Virus record (IMG/VR): IMGVR_UViG_3300016665_000424
Span: 1 to 26,012 of that record
Source of the DNA: a virus
Lineage: Duplodnaviria > Caudoviricetes
Strand: one strand, 5' to 3'
DNA length: 26,012 nucleotides
This document shows positions 18,026-26,012 of the stretch, piece after piece. Position 1 is the stretch's first letter, and every line of letters begins with the position of its first letter. The position numbers were made by a program, and so were the translations under genes. The notes below the pieces were generated by a model. The model made no database searches and was not told the origin of the DNA. It was given only the letters and a program-made list of their open reading frames with translations.

Positions 18026-20458
18026 TTATGGTTTCTGACTTTGATTGTTAATATTTCTAGCCTCAACTTGAATTAATCTTGTTATTTCCCTTATAAATTG
18101 TGGGTCTTTTAACACATCTACATCAATTTTTTCATTATTTGGTGTTAATAATTTTATTTCACCATTTATATTCAAGTCACCAAATTCGTGTTTAACATAG
18201 TTAATACCAGATGATTTGTTAGTCATTTTATCAACCATTCCTCCTGGTTTCATTGCTAGAACATCATCTTTGTTATCAATTGGTGTTATTTTTCCACCTT
18301 GTATAATCGCTCTATTTTCAGAATAATTAGGACCAAATTTTTTGGCCATGTTGTTTAACATACTAGTTTCAAATAAACCATCTTTAACAGGTGAAGAAAA
18401 AATAGCATCAGATGCAGCATAATCACCAATAGATTTACCAGCAGTGCTACCAACATAGGCACCCCCAAGAGCTGCTAATGCTGGTATCAATAATGATAAT
18501 CCACCAGTAGCTGGGGCTAATGCAGCTCCTACGGCCCAACCAGCAGCACCCAACCCTAGACCACCAATTAAACCAGCTGTATCACCAGCTTTAGTATCTT
18601 TATTACCAGCAAATTTTGATATAGCTTTGCCTGAAGCCATACCTAGACTGGTTCCAACCCCTATACCTAATAATGGCCCAGCCACTTTAGCAAAATTAGT
18701 AGCCATACCTTTTATACCATTTATACCACCTGTTACTGTATTAAAACCCATCCCCAAAGATACCCCATATGAATACCAAGTAGCTGCTTTTAAAAGAGCC
18801 CATCCAGATAAATAAGTTATTAAAGAAGCTATAGGATTTTTTATTATGAATGAACCAACTGTTTCTATTATTCCTCCAACATATTTAGCAAACTCCTCTA
18901 TTTTTTCAAACCATTTTTCTTCAGACATTTTTCTTATAAAACCATCTAAAGAATCAATTAAACCACCTTTCTCACTAATTTTTTCAACAAATGGTAATAA
19001 AGCCATTTTAAATCTATTTGAAACGTTATTAATTGCTTCATCAAATGTTCTAGCTTGTTTTGCTCTTTCTTCTAATGTTTTTTTATCTTGCATTAATTGA
19101 TTTATTTGAGTTTGATTCAATTCATTTAAATAACGTTTAGTACTTTTACCATCAACCATTATTTCAATATATCCTCTACCTTTTTCATCTAATTGTGCTG
19201 TATTAGATAAGAATTCTTTTGTGTCTTTGTCGGCAGCAAATGAAATTTGAGTTTTTAATCTAGTGAATTTAGCAGCGTTTTTAGCAGCCGTGGCCAAATC
19301 TTCATATTGTAAACCAGTTTGTTCAGCTATTTTTCTAAGTCTTTGCATTTCAAGTGCTGATATTTCCATCTGACCATTTTGACTATTAAATTTAGCTGAA
19401 GCCATCGCTGCATTACCAATTTCTTCTGTTAAACCAGCCATATCATTACGAGCCATATACATTAATCTAAATGGGTCAGATAACTGAGACCATGCGCCAC
19501 CCAATACTTGTAATTGAGCTGACATTTCTACAGCACCTTCTATATCAAACAATTTTTCAGCCATACCAGCAGCAAAATCCATCTCAACCCCTAATTTTGC
19601 TACTGTTTGAGCCATTTTCTCCAACCCTTTTCTACCTTCTTTAAAATTATATTTATTTAATAATTTTACGTTTACTTGAATATTTTTTAATATTTTGCTA
19701 GCATTAAGCCCCATTTTAACAGAATTATTGACAGCTTCTTCAACAAAATCTTTTGTTCTTTCAGCTGATAATCCTTGTTGTTCAAATTCTGCCGCAATTT
19801 TAGCCGCTCCTTCAGCACCTAATGCTGTTCCTTTGGCTATAGCAGAAATAGATTCCAACCCTTTTTGACTTAATATTACTGAACGACCTAATTCTTCACT
19901 ATAATTTGCTTGATAAGTTGATAATTCAGCAATTCCATCGCCAAACATAACAGTGTTTTTAGCGGCTTCTTTTATGTTAAATCTAAGACTTTCGGTTCTT
20001 TTATCACTTAACCCTATGGATAAAGCTGTTGTTTTCATTGCTTTATCCATTTCAAATAAACCATAACCTTTTATCTTACCAAAACCTCTTTCAACTAACG
20101 AAGGTAATTTTGTAAATGTTTTAAGTATACTAGCACTACCCTTAGCAAATAATAGATTTTTAACTTTAGCTTCTTTAAGGGCTCCATCTAATACCTTTTT
20201 TTGATTTTTTATTTCTTTAGTTTGTTGTTTTAAAACTTCTAATTTATTTATATCATCTTGTAGCGCATTTTCTCCAGCTGCAGCTATTTTATCCTCAAGT
20301 TCTTTTTGAATTTCTGTTAAACGATTTATTTCTTTTTGTAAATCACCAGAATCTTTTAACCCCTCTATATAACTTTCTATGCTAGTATTAAGTTTTTGCC
20401 TTAATTCAGCTTCTTGTTTTAAATCTCTAAGTATTTTTGCTCTTTCCTCTTCTGTCAT
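18026..20458 (-). CDS. Tail tape measure protein
   Basis: 810 aa; helical A/K/E-rich body, Gly/Ala-rich hydrophobic segments (GLIGGLGLGAAGWAVGAALAPATGGLSLLIPALAALGG); between chaperone and baseplate genes. Confidence 0.82.
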   Translation of the reverse strand: MTEEERAKILRDLKQEAELRQKLNTSIESYIEGLKDSGDLQKEINRLTEIQKELEDKIAAAGENALQDDINKLEVLKQQTKEIKNQKKVLDGALKEAKVKNLLFAKGSASILKTFTKLPSLVERGFGKIKGYGLFEMDKAMKTTALSIGLSDKRTESLRFNIKEAAKNTVMFGDGIAELSTYQANYSEELGRSVILSQKGLESISAIAKGTALGAEGAAKIAAEFEQQGLSAERTKDFVEEAVNNSVKMGLNASKILKNIQVNVKLLNKYNFKEGRKGLEKMAQTVAKLGVEMDFAAGMAEKLFDIEGAVEMSAQLQVLGGAWSQLSDPFRLMYMARNDMAGLTEEIGNAAMASAKFNSQNGQMEISALEMQRLRKIAEQTGLQYEDLATAAKNAAKFTRLKTQISFAADKDTKEFLSNTAQLDEKGRGYIEIMVDGKSTKRYLNELNQTQINQLMQDKKTLEERAKQARTFDEAINNVSNRFKMALLPFVEKISEKGGLIDSLDGFIRKMSEEKWFEKIEEFAKYVGGIIETVGSFIIKNPIASLITYLSGWALLKAATWYSYGVSLGMGFNTVTGGINGIKGMATNFAKVAGPLLGIGVGTSLGMASGKAISKFAGNKDTKAGDTAGLIGGLGLGAAGWAVGAALAPATGGLSLLIPALAALGGAYVGSTAGKSIGDYAASDAIFSSPVKDGLFETSMLNNMAKKFGPNYSENRAIIQGGKITPIDNKDDVLAMKPGGMVDKMTNKSSGINYVKHEFGDLNINGEIKLLTPNNEKIDVDVLKDPQFIREITRLIQVEARNINNQSQKP

Positions 20459-20474
20459 TTATTGTATTTTTTAA

Positions 20475-21503
20475 TTAATCGTTATCTGATACATAACCTG
20501 GTGAATTATATTCATCGTCTATTACTTTGAACTTATAATTATTTCCCTCAATCGTTGTTAAAAATATATTGTCTCCCTCTTCGTCAAGTTCTTTAGTTAT
20601 TGTAATGGTTTTATTAGGGTCATCTTTTTTTTGTAAAACAGTTTTGTTTCCAGACTTTCTTTTTTTAACAAAAAATTCGTATGTGCTATAAGTATTTACT
20701 TTTTCTGTTGATTTTTCACTAAATTTAATATCATAATCTTTTAAAAACTTTATGGTTACTTTTTGTTCTGGTATAAATTTATTTGAAATTTTTTCGTTTA
20801 AGTTTCTTAAATTATATTTATCTAAGATATCTAGAGCTGTCATTATACCAGTACCAACTGCTTTTTTACCAGTTAATTCAGCTTTAAAAGTTTCCCAAAA
20901 ACTAGGTTCTTTAAAAAAAGCTTTTCTTAATAAAGGGTCATTAATTATTTCTTTATAAGCATCTTTACCACTTTTTAATGTCTCTTCTTCTGGTTTAGAT
21001 TCTTCTGGTTTAGGTTCTTCTGGTTTAGGTTCTTCTGGTTTAGGTTCTTGACTATTTGAAAGTTCTACTGATTTTATGTTGTTTAATTTAAAACCAGATT
21101 TTTTACCACCGCTATTATTGATTACTGTAAAAATTAAATTCACACCGTTTTTATTTTCTGGTATTTCTATAACATTTTTATTTAATAGATATTCTTGTTC
21201 TGTTCCTCCAGCATCTCCATCTCCAGGATTTATTTTTATTTCTAAAAATTTCCAATTTTTTAAAATCTTAGATGTATCTTGAATTACTTCAAATTTAAAA
21301 AGATTATTATTATCGCTAACACATTTTAAGACAATCTTAGCATTATTAGCTGTTGTTAAAACTGAATTTTCACCTTTCTTTATATTATCATAAAAATTTA
21401 AAATAAATTTACCTAAAGATTTTCCATAATCTTTGTTTTTTACAGCTTCGTCTATGGTTTGTTGTAATAATTTTAATTGTCTTTCATTAATAATAATTCT
21501 CAT
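20475..21503 (-). CDS. Hypothetical protein with EEPKP linker repeat (inserted gene, possible virion internal protein)
   Basis: 342-aa ATG ORF, N-terminus MRIIINERQLKLL, own upstream TATTTAT motif. Confidence 0.75.
   Translation of the reverse strand: MRIIINERQLKLLQQTIDEAVKNKDYGKSLGKFILNFYDNIKKGENSVLTTANNAKIVLKCVSDNNNLFKFEVIQDTSKILKNWKFLEIKINPGDGDAGGTEQEYLLNKNVIEIPENKNGVNLIFTVINNSGGKKSGFKLNNIKSVELSNSQEPKPEEPKPEEPKPEESKPEEETLKSGKDAYKEIINDPLLRKAFFKEPSFWETFKAELTGKKAVGTGIMTALDILDKYNLRNLNEKISNKFIPEQKVTIKFLKDYDIKFSEKSTEKVNTYSTYEFFVKKRKSGNKTVLQKKDDPNKTITITKELDEEGDNIFLTTIEGNNYKFKVIDDEYNSPGYVSDND
20985..21049. repeat. 15-bp coding tandem repeat, 4 units plus a partial unit
   Basis: TTCTTCTGGTTTAG(G/A) at 20985, 21000, 21015, 21030; encodes EPKPEEPKPEEPKPEESKPEE. 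Confidence 0.95.
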
Positions 21504-21536
21504 GTTTTCAAGATTTAATAATAAATATCATTTAAA

Positions 21537-21562
21537 ATAAAAATCCCCAAAATTGGGGATTT
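21537..21562 (-). terminator. Rho-independent terminator
   Basis: Minus strand AAATCCCCAA-TT-TTGGGGATTT followed by TTATTTT, beginning in the stop codon of the chaperone extension. Confidence 0.8.
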
Positions 21563-21839
21563 ATGCTAACGGTATTTCACCATTTTTAATTTTAGATTTT
21601 AAAGCATCTCCAGAAATTCTTGTTTTTCTACTACCTTTTGAACTACTTATTGTATTTGACGATTCATTAGTTTCTTCTTCTCTCTTTTCAAATTCTTTAG
21701 TAAGTAATCCTAAAAAGAATCTTCTTTCATATACTGGCATATTCATTATATCAGAATATGTGAACCCTTTAAGATGTTTTGTACAAATATAAACTTCCTC
21801 TAATAACGGTATTTTATAATCCGAAGTCAGGCCAAAAAA
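21561..21839 (-). CDS. Tail assembly chaperone C-terminal extension (T4 gp51-like / lambda gpT-analogous), probably reached by frameshift
   Basis: FFGLTSDYKIPLLEEVYICTKHLKGFTYSDIMNMPVYERRFFLGLL has the Y-S-[DE]-I-x-x-M-P-x-x-ER pattern of phage tail chaperones; no ATG ahead of this part; overlaps upstream ORF at a T7 run. Confidence 0.72.
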   Translation of the reverse strand, partial: FFGLTSDYKIPLLEEVYICTKHLKGFTYSDIMNMPVYERRFFLGLLTKEFEKREEETNESSNTISSSKGSRKTRISGDALKSKIKNGEIPLA

Positions 21840-23085
21840 AGTTTTCGTTAAGGGGAAGAAAGGTAGCGATAGAACCACCTCCAGGGGTTCTGACTTCAAT
21901 ATTTAAATCAATTCCACTCTCAATTTTTTCAATATATTCTTTTAATTCTTTTGAATCACGAATCCTTAAATTGTTAATGAATTCTTTTATAACATTTTTA
22001 TCTCTGTTTCCATTAATTTCAATAATTGTTTTTTCAAAAAAATATGTGTTTGTGTTATTGACGGGTATATTAGCTTCTTTATCTAAATCTAAACGTTTTT
22101 CAATTTCATCAACATCACCACATGTCAATAATTTGAATTTTATTTTAGCTTTACATAAAGGAAATATAAAATCAAAATAACCTTCTTCATCAGGTTCAGC
22201 ACCTAATTTTTTATATTTTAATTCGTTTAAATTTATTTGAGTTTCAAATGGCGTATTGTTTTCATCTAATAATGTTACTGGATACATTTCACCATAACCA
22301 GTCGCCCTCAACCAAATCATTATAGCGTTTCTATCACCTAAATGCAAGTTTTCGTATCTTAATTCTGGTTCTAATATCTTTCTATTAATCAATATGGACA
22401 AAAAATCCCCACTTTTTAATAAATTAGGGCTAGTTAAAATGTTTTCATCTGCTGTTGTCATAAAAGAAACTTTTATGTTGTTTTTTTTACTTCTATAAAC
22501 TTTTCCTTCTGATGGTAAAGGAATTACATCAAAAGGTGAATTAAAGTTTGGTTGACTTAATTCATATATATGTTTGTCTATACTAGAAGGTATACTACCA
22601 TAACTAATTGGTTCTTGTTTAGCTGGTTGAGTAGGTGAAGATGGTTGAAAATTTTGTGACATATTTTGATTTGTGTTTTGAACGTTATTTTTTATTGTTG
22701 AAGCTTCTTCAAATTGTTTTTGGTAATTCTGAATCATTGATGCATTTTTAGTTAAAATTTCATCTCTAAGTCTCATCTGGTCTTCAGTTTTAATTCTAAT
22801 ATCTTCCATTTGATTATTAACAACTACTCTAGATGAATTTTCAGATAACGATTGGTCTTGAACAACACCAACAGAATTTTTTAATCTAAGCTGTTCTTCA
22901 GTCCTTCTTCTCATAGCTTCAACAGCATTTAAATGCTCACTAGGTGTGTCTGATGATAAAGATGGTGCTAAATAAACTTCAGTTATAGCGTTAAGTTTTT
23001 CTTGTTCAAAATTTTCTTGTTTATTTTTTTCATTAGAAATATTTTGTTGTTCCTTATTAGGAAACACATTTGGTTTTTTTTCCAT
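21814..23085 (-). CDS. Tail/baseplate assembly chaperone, T4 gp26-like, with long N-terminal low-complexity extension
   Basis: 423 aa; IPLPSEGKVY, MTTADENIL, LGDRNAIMIWLRATGYG, IKFKLLT, RDSKELKEYI, terminal FFWP; directly downstream of tail tube. Confidence 0.78.
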   Translation of the reverse strand: MEKKPNVFPNKEQQNISNEKNKQENFEQEKLNAITEVYLAPSLSSDTPSEHLNAVEAMRRRTEEQLRLKNSVGVVQDQSLSENSSRVVVNNQMEDIRIKTEDQMRLRDEILTKNASMIQNYQKQFEEASTIKNNVQNTNQNMSQNFQPSSPTQPAKQEPISYGSIPSSIDKHIYELSQPNFNSPFDVIPLPSEGKVYRSKKNNIKVSFMTTADENILTSPNLLKSGDFLSILINRKILEPELRYENLHLGDRNAIMIWLRATGYGEMYPVTLLDENNTPFETQINLNELKYKKLGAEPDEEGYFDFIFPLCKAKIKFKLLTCGDVDEIEKRLDLDKEANIPVNNTNTYFFEKTIIEINGNRDKNVIKEFINNLRIRDSKELKEYIEKIESGIDLNIEVRTPGGGSIATFLPLNENFFWPDFGL

Positions 23086-23162
23086 TTTAAAACTTATTTG
23101 TTTGTATTATAACATTTAACAATAAATATAGTAAATCAAATTTTTTTGTAAATGCTGTAAAT

Positions 23163-23199
23163 AAAAAAGCTATTCTATAAAATATAGAATAGCTTTTTT
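23163..23199 (-). terminator. Perfect 17-bp hairpin, likely bidirectional terminator after tail tube
   Basis: AAAAAAGCTATTCTATA-AAA-TATAGAATAGCTTTTTT. Confidence 0.8.
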
Positions 23200-23249
23200 A
23201 AATATTTGATAAATTACTAACAAATAGTTTTTATATCGGTACAAGTCAA

Positions 23250-23331
23250 TTATTTGATAGAGCAAAATAATAAATAATAAAACCGCTCTGTCGAATAACA
23301 AAATTAGAATAATAATATTGCTCTATCAAAT
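23250..23331. repeat. Degenerate direct copy and inverted copy of the tail tube gene 3' end
   Basis: 23272-23296 matches 23307-23331 at 19/25; 23252-23265 is the exact reverse complement of 23318-23331. Confidence 0.8.
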
Positions 23332-23792
23332 CTAAGAGTTGCCGTAATCTCAGCGATTCCATCGTCATCCATTGATAAATCACCGAAGCCAACATTGGTT
23401 AACATTGTCCCATCCAACAACCATTTTTCAACCACAACACCAGTTGGGTCAAGCATTTCAAGTTCAACTGGGCGTTTGTAACCAGCCGCATAACCTTGAC
23501 GACCTGTGATAGATTCAGAATGAAGACGCACCCATTCCATTATTGCTTGTGAAGCAGAAGGACCAATTGGGTCACGGAAAGTCACATCAATAGCTTCCCA
23601 CGTAAAACGTCCAATAACCCATGTTGAAGTATTCAAGAAAGGTATTTCAACTTCATTCTGAGTTATTGAAGGTCTAGAACATGAAGATAGCCACCATTGC
23701 TGAATGCCTAAATCAGCAGGGAAAGTAATCAACCAACGATTCTTTTTCTTTGGTTCGTAAGGTAAAGGCATTTTCATTAGTAAATCAGCCAT
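23304..23792 (-). CDS. Tail tube protein (T4 gp19-like)
   Basis: 162 aa; EPKKKNRW, RPSITQNEVEIP, GRFTWEAIDVTFRDPI, IMEW, YKRPVELEMLDPTG.VVEKWLLDG; downstream of sheath. Confidence 0.92.
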   Translation of the reverse strand: MADLLMKMPLPYEPKKKNRWLITFPADLGIQQWWLSSCSRPSITQNEVEIPFLNTSTWVIGRFTWEAIDVTFRDPIGPSASQAIMEWVRLHSESITGRQGYAAGYKRPVELEMLDPTGVVVEKWLLDGTMLTNVGFGDLSMDDDGIAEITATLRFDRAILLF

Positions 23793-23911
23793 ATTTTTTG
23801 TTTTTTAAGATACGTATTATTACCTTTATTTGGTAGTAATGTTATTTAGTAATAAATATATGAAAATAGAAAAAATTTCAAAAAGAAATAAATTTTAGGT
23901 TAGATTATAAT

Positions 23912-24292
23912 TTATTTTTGGTTTAATATAATTAAAGTTTTTATTCCTATTTTTTCTTTTGGGTTTAATTTATTAAAGTTTTTTATTATTTTATTAACAT
24001 TATTAGATAAATTTTCTTTTGGATTTTTTAATCCTTTTTCTTCTAATGCTTTTATTAATTCATCTAAATCAGATTCATTTTCTAATCTTTTTTTTATATT
24101 AGATAACACTTTTTGGTCGTTTAGAGCTTTTGTAGCTATTTCATCGTTTAATCCAGTTAAATTAATCCCCATTAACTTACTTATTCCCAAAACTTCATCT
24201 CTAAAACCCTCAGATAAAATTTGACTTTTATTTTTGGTTTCAAAAAGTATTATTTTTTCATATTGTTCTTTTGTTATTTTAATTTTTAACAT
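23912..24292 (-). CDS. Hypothetical protein inserted between sheath and tube genes
   Basis: 126 aa from ATG 24292 (MLKIKITKEQYEKII); preceded by tandem TATTTAT motifs and the sheath terminator. Confidence 0.68.
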   Translation of the reverse strand: MLKIKITKEQYEKIILFETKNKSQILSEGFRDEVLGISKLMGINLTGLNDEIATKALNDQKVLSNIKKRLENESDLDELIKALEEKGLKNPKENLSNNVNKIIKNFNKLNPKEKIGIKTLIILNQK

Positions 24293-24317
24293 ATAAATAT
24301 AAATATTATTATTAAAC

Positions 24318-24343
24318 AAAAAAACCCCTAAATTAGGGGTTTT
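24318..24343 (-). terminator. Rho-independent terminator after tail sheath
   Basis: Minus strand AAAACCCCTA-ATT-TAGGGGTTTT followed by TTT. Confidence 0.85.
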
Positions 24344-24365
24344 AATGTTTTGATTTTAATTATAA

Positions 24366-26012
24366 TTAGATGTTATCGAATGATGCACCAGTGTTCATGA
24401 TTACGAACTCAATTTGGATGAACTCAAGACTTCTTGTTGGTTTCAAGAAGATTTGACCAGTCAATTGATTTCTGTCGATATCTTCTGGGTCATTTGATAG
24501 AACAACACGGAAGTCAGTCAAACCTCTTTCAGCTCTAATATTATCTAATATTGGATTAACAAGACTTAAGAATTGGTTTCTTACAACTGAATCATTTTGT
24601 TCGAATAGAAGTCTAATAGAAACAGCAGATATAAGTTTTCTAGCTTGCAACAACAATCTTCTAACGTTGATTCTGTTAAGAGCAGTTTCTTTAACTTGAA
24701 GAGTTTTGTTACCCCAAATTTTGATACCATCAGAAGTGAAAGTAGCGATTGGGTTAATTCTGTTCTCATAAAGAGTATCTCTTTCAGACAATGTAAGTTT
24801 TTTACGAGCTTGGATTGCGTCAACATCACCTCTTTGTACACCAGCAACAGCAAACCATGGGAATGCAATATTGTCAGTTAAAGCAATATTTCTTACAACA
24901 TCTCTTGTAGGTGGAACCCACATCAATACATTGTTTTCAGCATCTTGAATTTGAATCCATGGCCAGTATGTACAAGAATAGTTACTATCATACATTCCAT
25001 CCATATTATCGACAACATCATCAACAGTCAAGATGGAACCATCGTAATAATCTGGGGTTGTTAATACGTATAGTGAGTCAGCTCTTTCAGTTTCAATCAT
25101 TTCGATTGATTCTTCAATCAAGTTTGTATTATCAAAAGCATCAATACCTGGAGTTGCAAACACATTGATGTTAACTGCTTCTGGGTTTCTGAATGTCCAT
25201 ATAGCCTCTAAGTAAGCGTAGTAATCAGAGTTTATACCCAAATCACCATTTGTAAGTGTTCTGTTTTGAAACGCACCACTAGTTAAACCAGCAGCACCAT
25301 AAAGTCCATTGATTGTAAATCTATCAGTGTTGCTTCTTCTTGTTCTGTAAACATCCCATCCATCGAAACCACCATATGGTACCATAGTAAATTTACGAGC
25401 ATAAATTTTTTCATAAGGCCCACCAGCCAATCCAGCTTCGGTTCTAAACTCTGCATCACCAGTATCAAACAAGAACACAGGGCTATATGTACCACCAGTA
25501 GCATTTATAACAACAAATACATTGTCAATTGTAACACCAGTAGCATCAATATCCATATGGAAACCATTTGTTAAACCAGTCCACATATCTGGGCTAGATG
25601 TTGTTGGCACACCTTTGTAATCAAAGAAGTCAGCGTCAATACCTACAGTTTCTGACAAACCTAAGTAAAATTTACGTTTATTTTCAAATGCGCTATAAGC
25701 TGTTTTATACATGATGTCTGGATTAACAACATTCGTGTTACTATTAGTTTGGTAATCACGAATTGGGAAACCAATAAAACCAGCTGGAAATGCATCGCTA
25801 GTATCTGAAGTGTCATCAAGCTCCACAAGAACATATGAAGACCTAGATACATATTCACCATCTAAAGTACCTATTCTTCTAGCAATATAATTTGCTGAAG
25901 TTGGGTCCATAGTACAACGACTGAATGACTCAAGAATTACAGGTGAAGCGTCAGTATCATAGAAGCCTCTAATTTTAACATCAAACTCTTTTGTATCTGG
26001 TTTAATGTTTGT
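24366..26012 (-). CDS. Contractile tail sheath protein (T4 gp18-like), 5'-truncated by the window
   Basis: Frame open to the window edge (TNIKPDTKEFDVKIR..M25910); motifs YWPWIQ, PWFAVAG..RG, LYENRINPI, IWGNKTLQ, RINVRRLL, LFEQND, LKPTRSLEFI. Confidence 0.95.
   Translation of the reverse strand, partial: TNIKPDTKEFDVKIRGFYDTDASPVILESFSRCTMDPTSANYIARRIGTLDGEYVSRSSYVLVELDDTSDTSDAFPAGFIGFPIRDYQTNSNTNVVNPDIMYKTAYSAFENKRKFYLGLSETVGIDADFFDYKGVPTTSSPDMWTGLTNGFHMDIDATGVTIDNVFVVINATGGTYSPVFLFDTGDAEFRTEAGLAGGPYEKIYARKFTMVPYGGFDGWDVYRTRRSNTDRFTINGLYGAAGLTSGAFQNRTLTNGDLGINSDYYAYLEAIWTFRNPEAVNINVFATPGIDAFDNTNLIEESIEMIETERADSLYVLTTPDYYDGSILTVDDVVDNMDGMYDSNYSCTYWPWIQIQDAENNVLMWVPPTRDVVRNIALTDNIAFPWFAVAGVQRGDVDAIQARKKLTLSERDTLYENRINPIATFTSDGIKIWGNKTLQVKETALNRINVRRLLLQARKLISAVSIRLLFEQNDSVVRNQFLSLVNPILDNIRAERGLTDFRVVLSNDPEDIDRNQLTGQIFLKPTRSLEFIQIEFVIMNTGASFDNI

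Noticed and set aside
21840-21899. TTG start of the 112-aa ORF (MKSEPLEVV...)
   Set aside because: Lies inside the conserved end of the upstream gene; chaperone-like sequence begins only at the T7 run, favouring frameshift entry
23200-23331. Mini-CRISPR array interpretation of the repeats after the tube gene
   Set aside because: Only a 9-bp TATTTGATA recurs (23203, 23251); no regular 25-40-bp repeat-spacer pattern and no cas gene in the window
24293-24319. TTG start giving the 135-aa version of the inserted gene
   Set aside because: Overlaps the sheath terminator U-tract and the upstream motif; ATG at 24292 is more plausible
535-25861. All plus-strand ORFs and short nested minus-strand ORFs in the track (e.g. 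5669..6103, 21779..22180, 24581..24868)
   Set aside because: They lie wholly opposite or inside well-supported genes and read as antisense or off-frame shadows without recognisable motifs
25908-25910. ATG 25910 as sheath start
   Set aside because: Frame remains open to the window edge with sheath-like sequence, so the gene is truncated here
1-26012. Stop-codon reassignment as seen in some Bacteroidota phages
   Set aside because: Genes up to 1989 aa are intact under the standard code and coding density is already high
1-26012. tRNA or rRNA genes
   Set aside because: Intergenic gaps are short and AT-rich with no cloverleaf or T-loop (GTTCGA) context

Overview
26-kb, very AT-rich segment of a large contractile-tailed (myovirus-type, distantly T4-like) phage genome. 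All real genes are on the minus strand and use the standard code. In transcription order (right to left): tail sheath (cut by the window edge), small inserted gene, tail tube, gp26/gp51-like tail assembly chaperone pair apparently joined by a frameshift, inserted EEPKP-repeat gene, tape measure, AT-rich non-coding gap, 1353-aa tube-initiator-like baseplate protein with an OmpA-like insert, LysM/gpX-like protein, 1989-aa hub-like protein ending in M23 peptidase and SleB-like hydrolase domains, four hypothetical genes, then a replication/recombination block (gp32-like SSB, RecA/UvsX, 5'-3' exonuclease, hypothetical, DnaB/gp41 helicase). TTG-N19/20-TAnnTTTG promoters, A-rich leaders without clear Shine-Dalgarno sites and an SSB tail of DDLPF point to a Bacteroidota host. 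The most notable signals are a +1/-2 slippery U7 site between the chaperone ORFs, a recoded direct copy plus an inverted copy of the tail tube gene's 3' end just past its stop, a recurring TATTTAT upstream motif, and inserted genes sharing a possible capsid-targeting N-terminus. All family calls come from motif recognition by eye; no searches were run.
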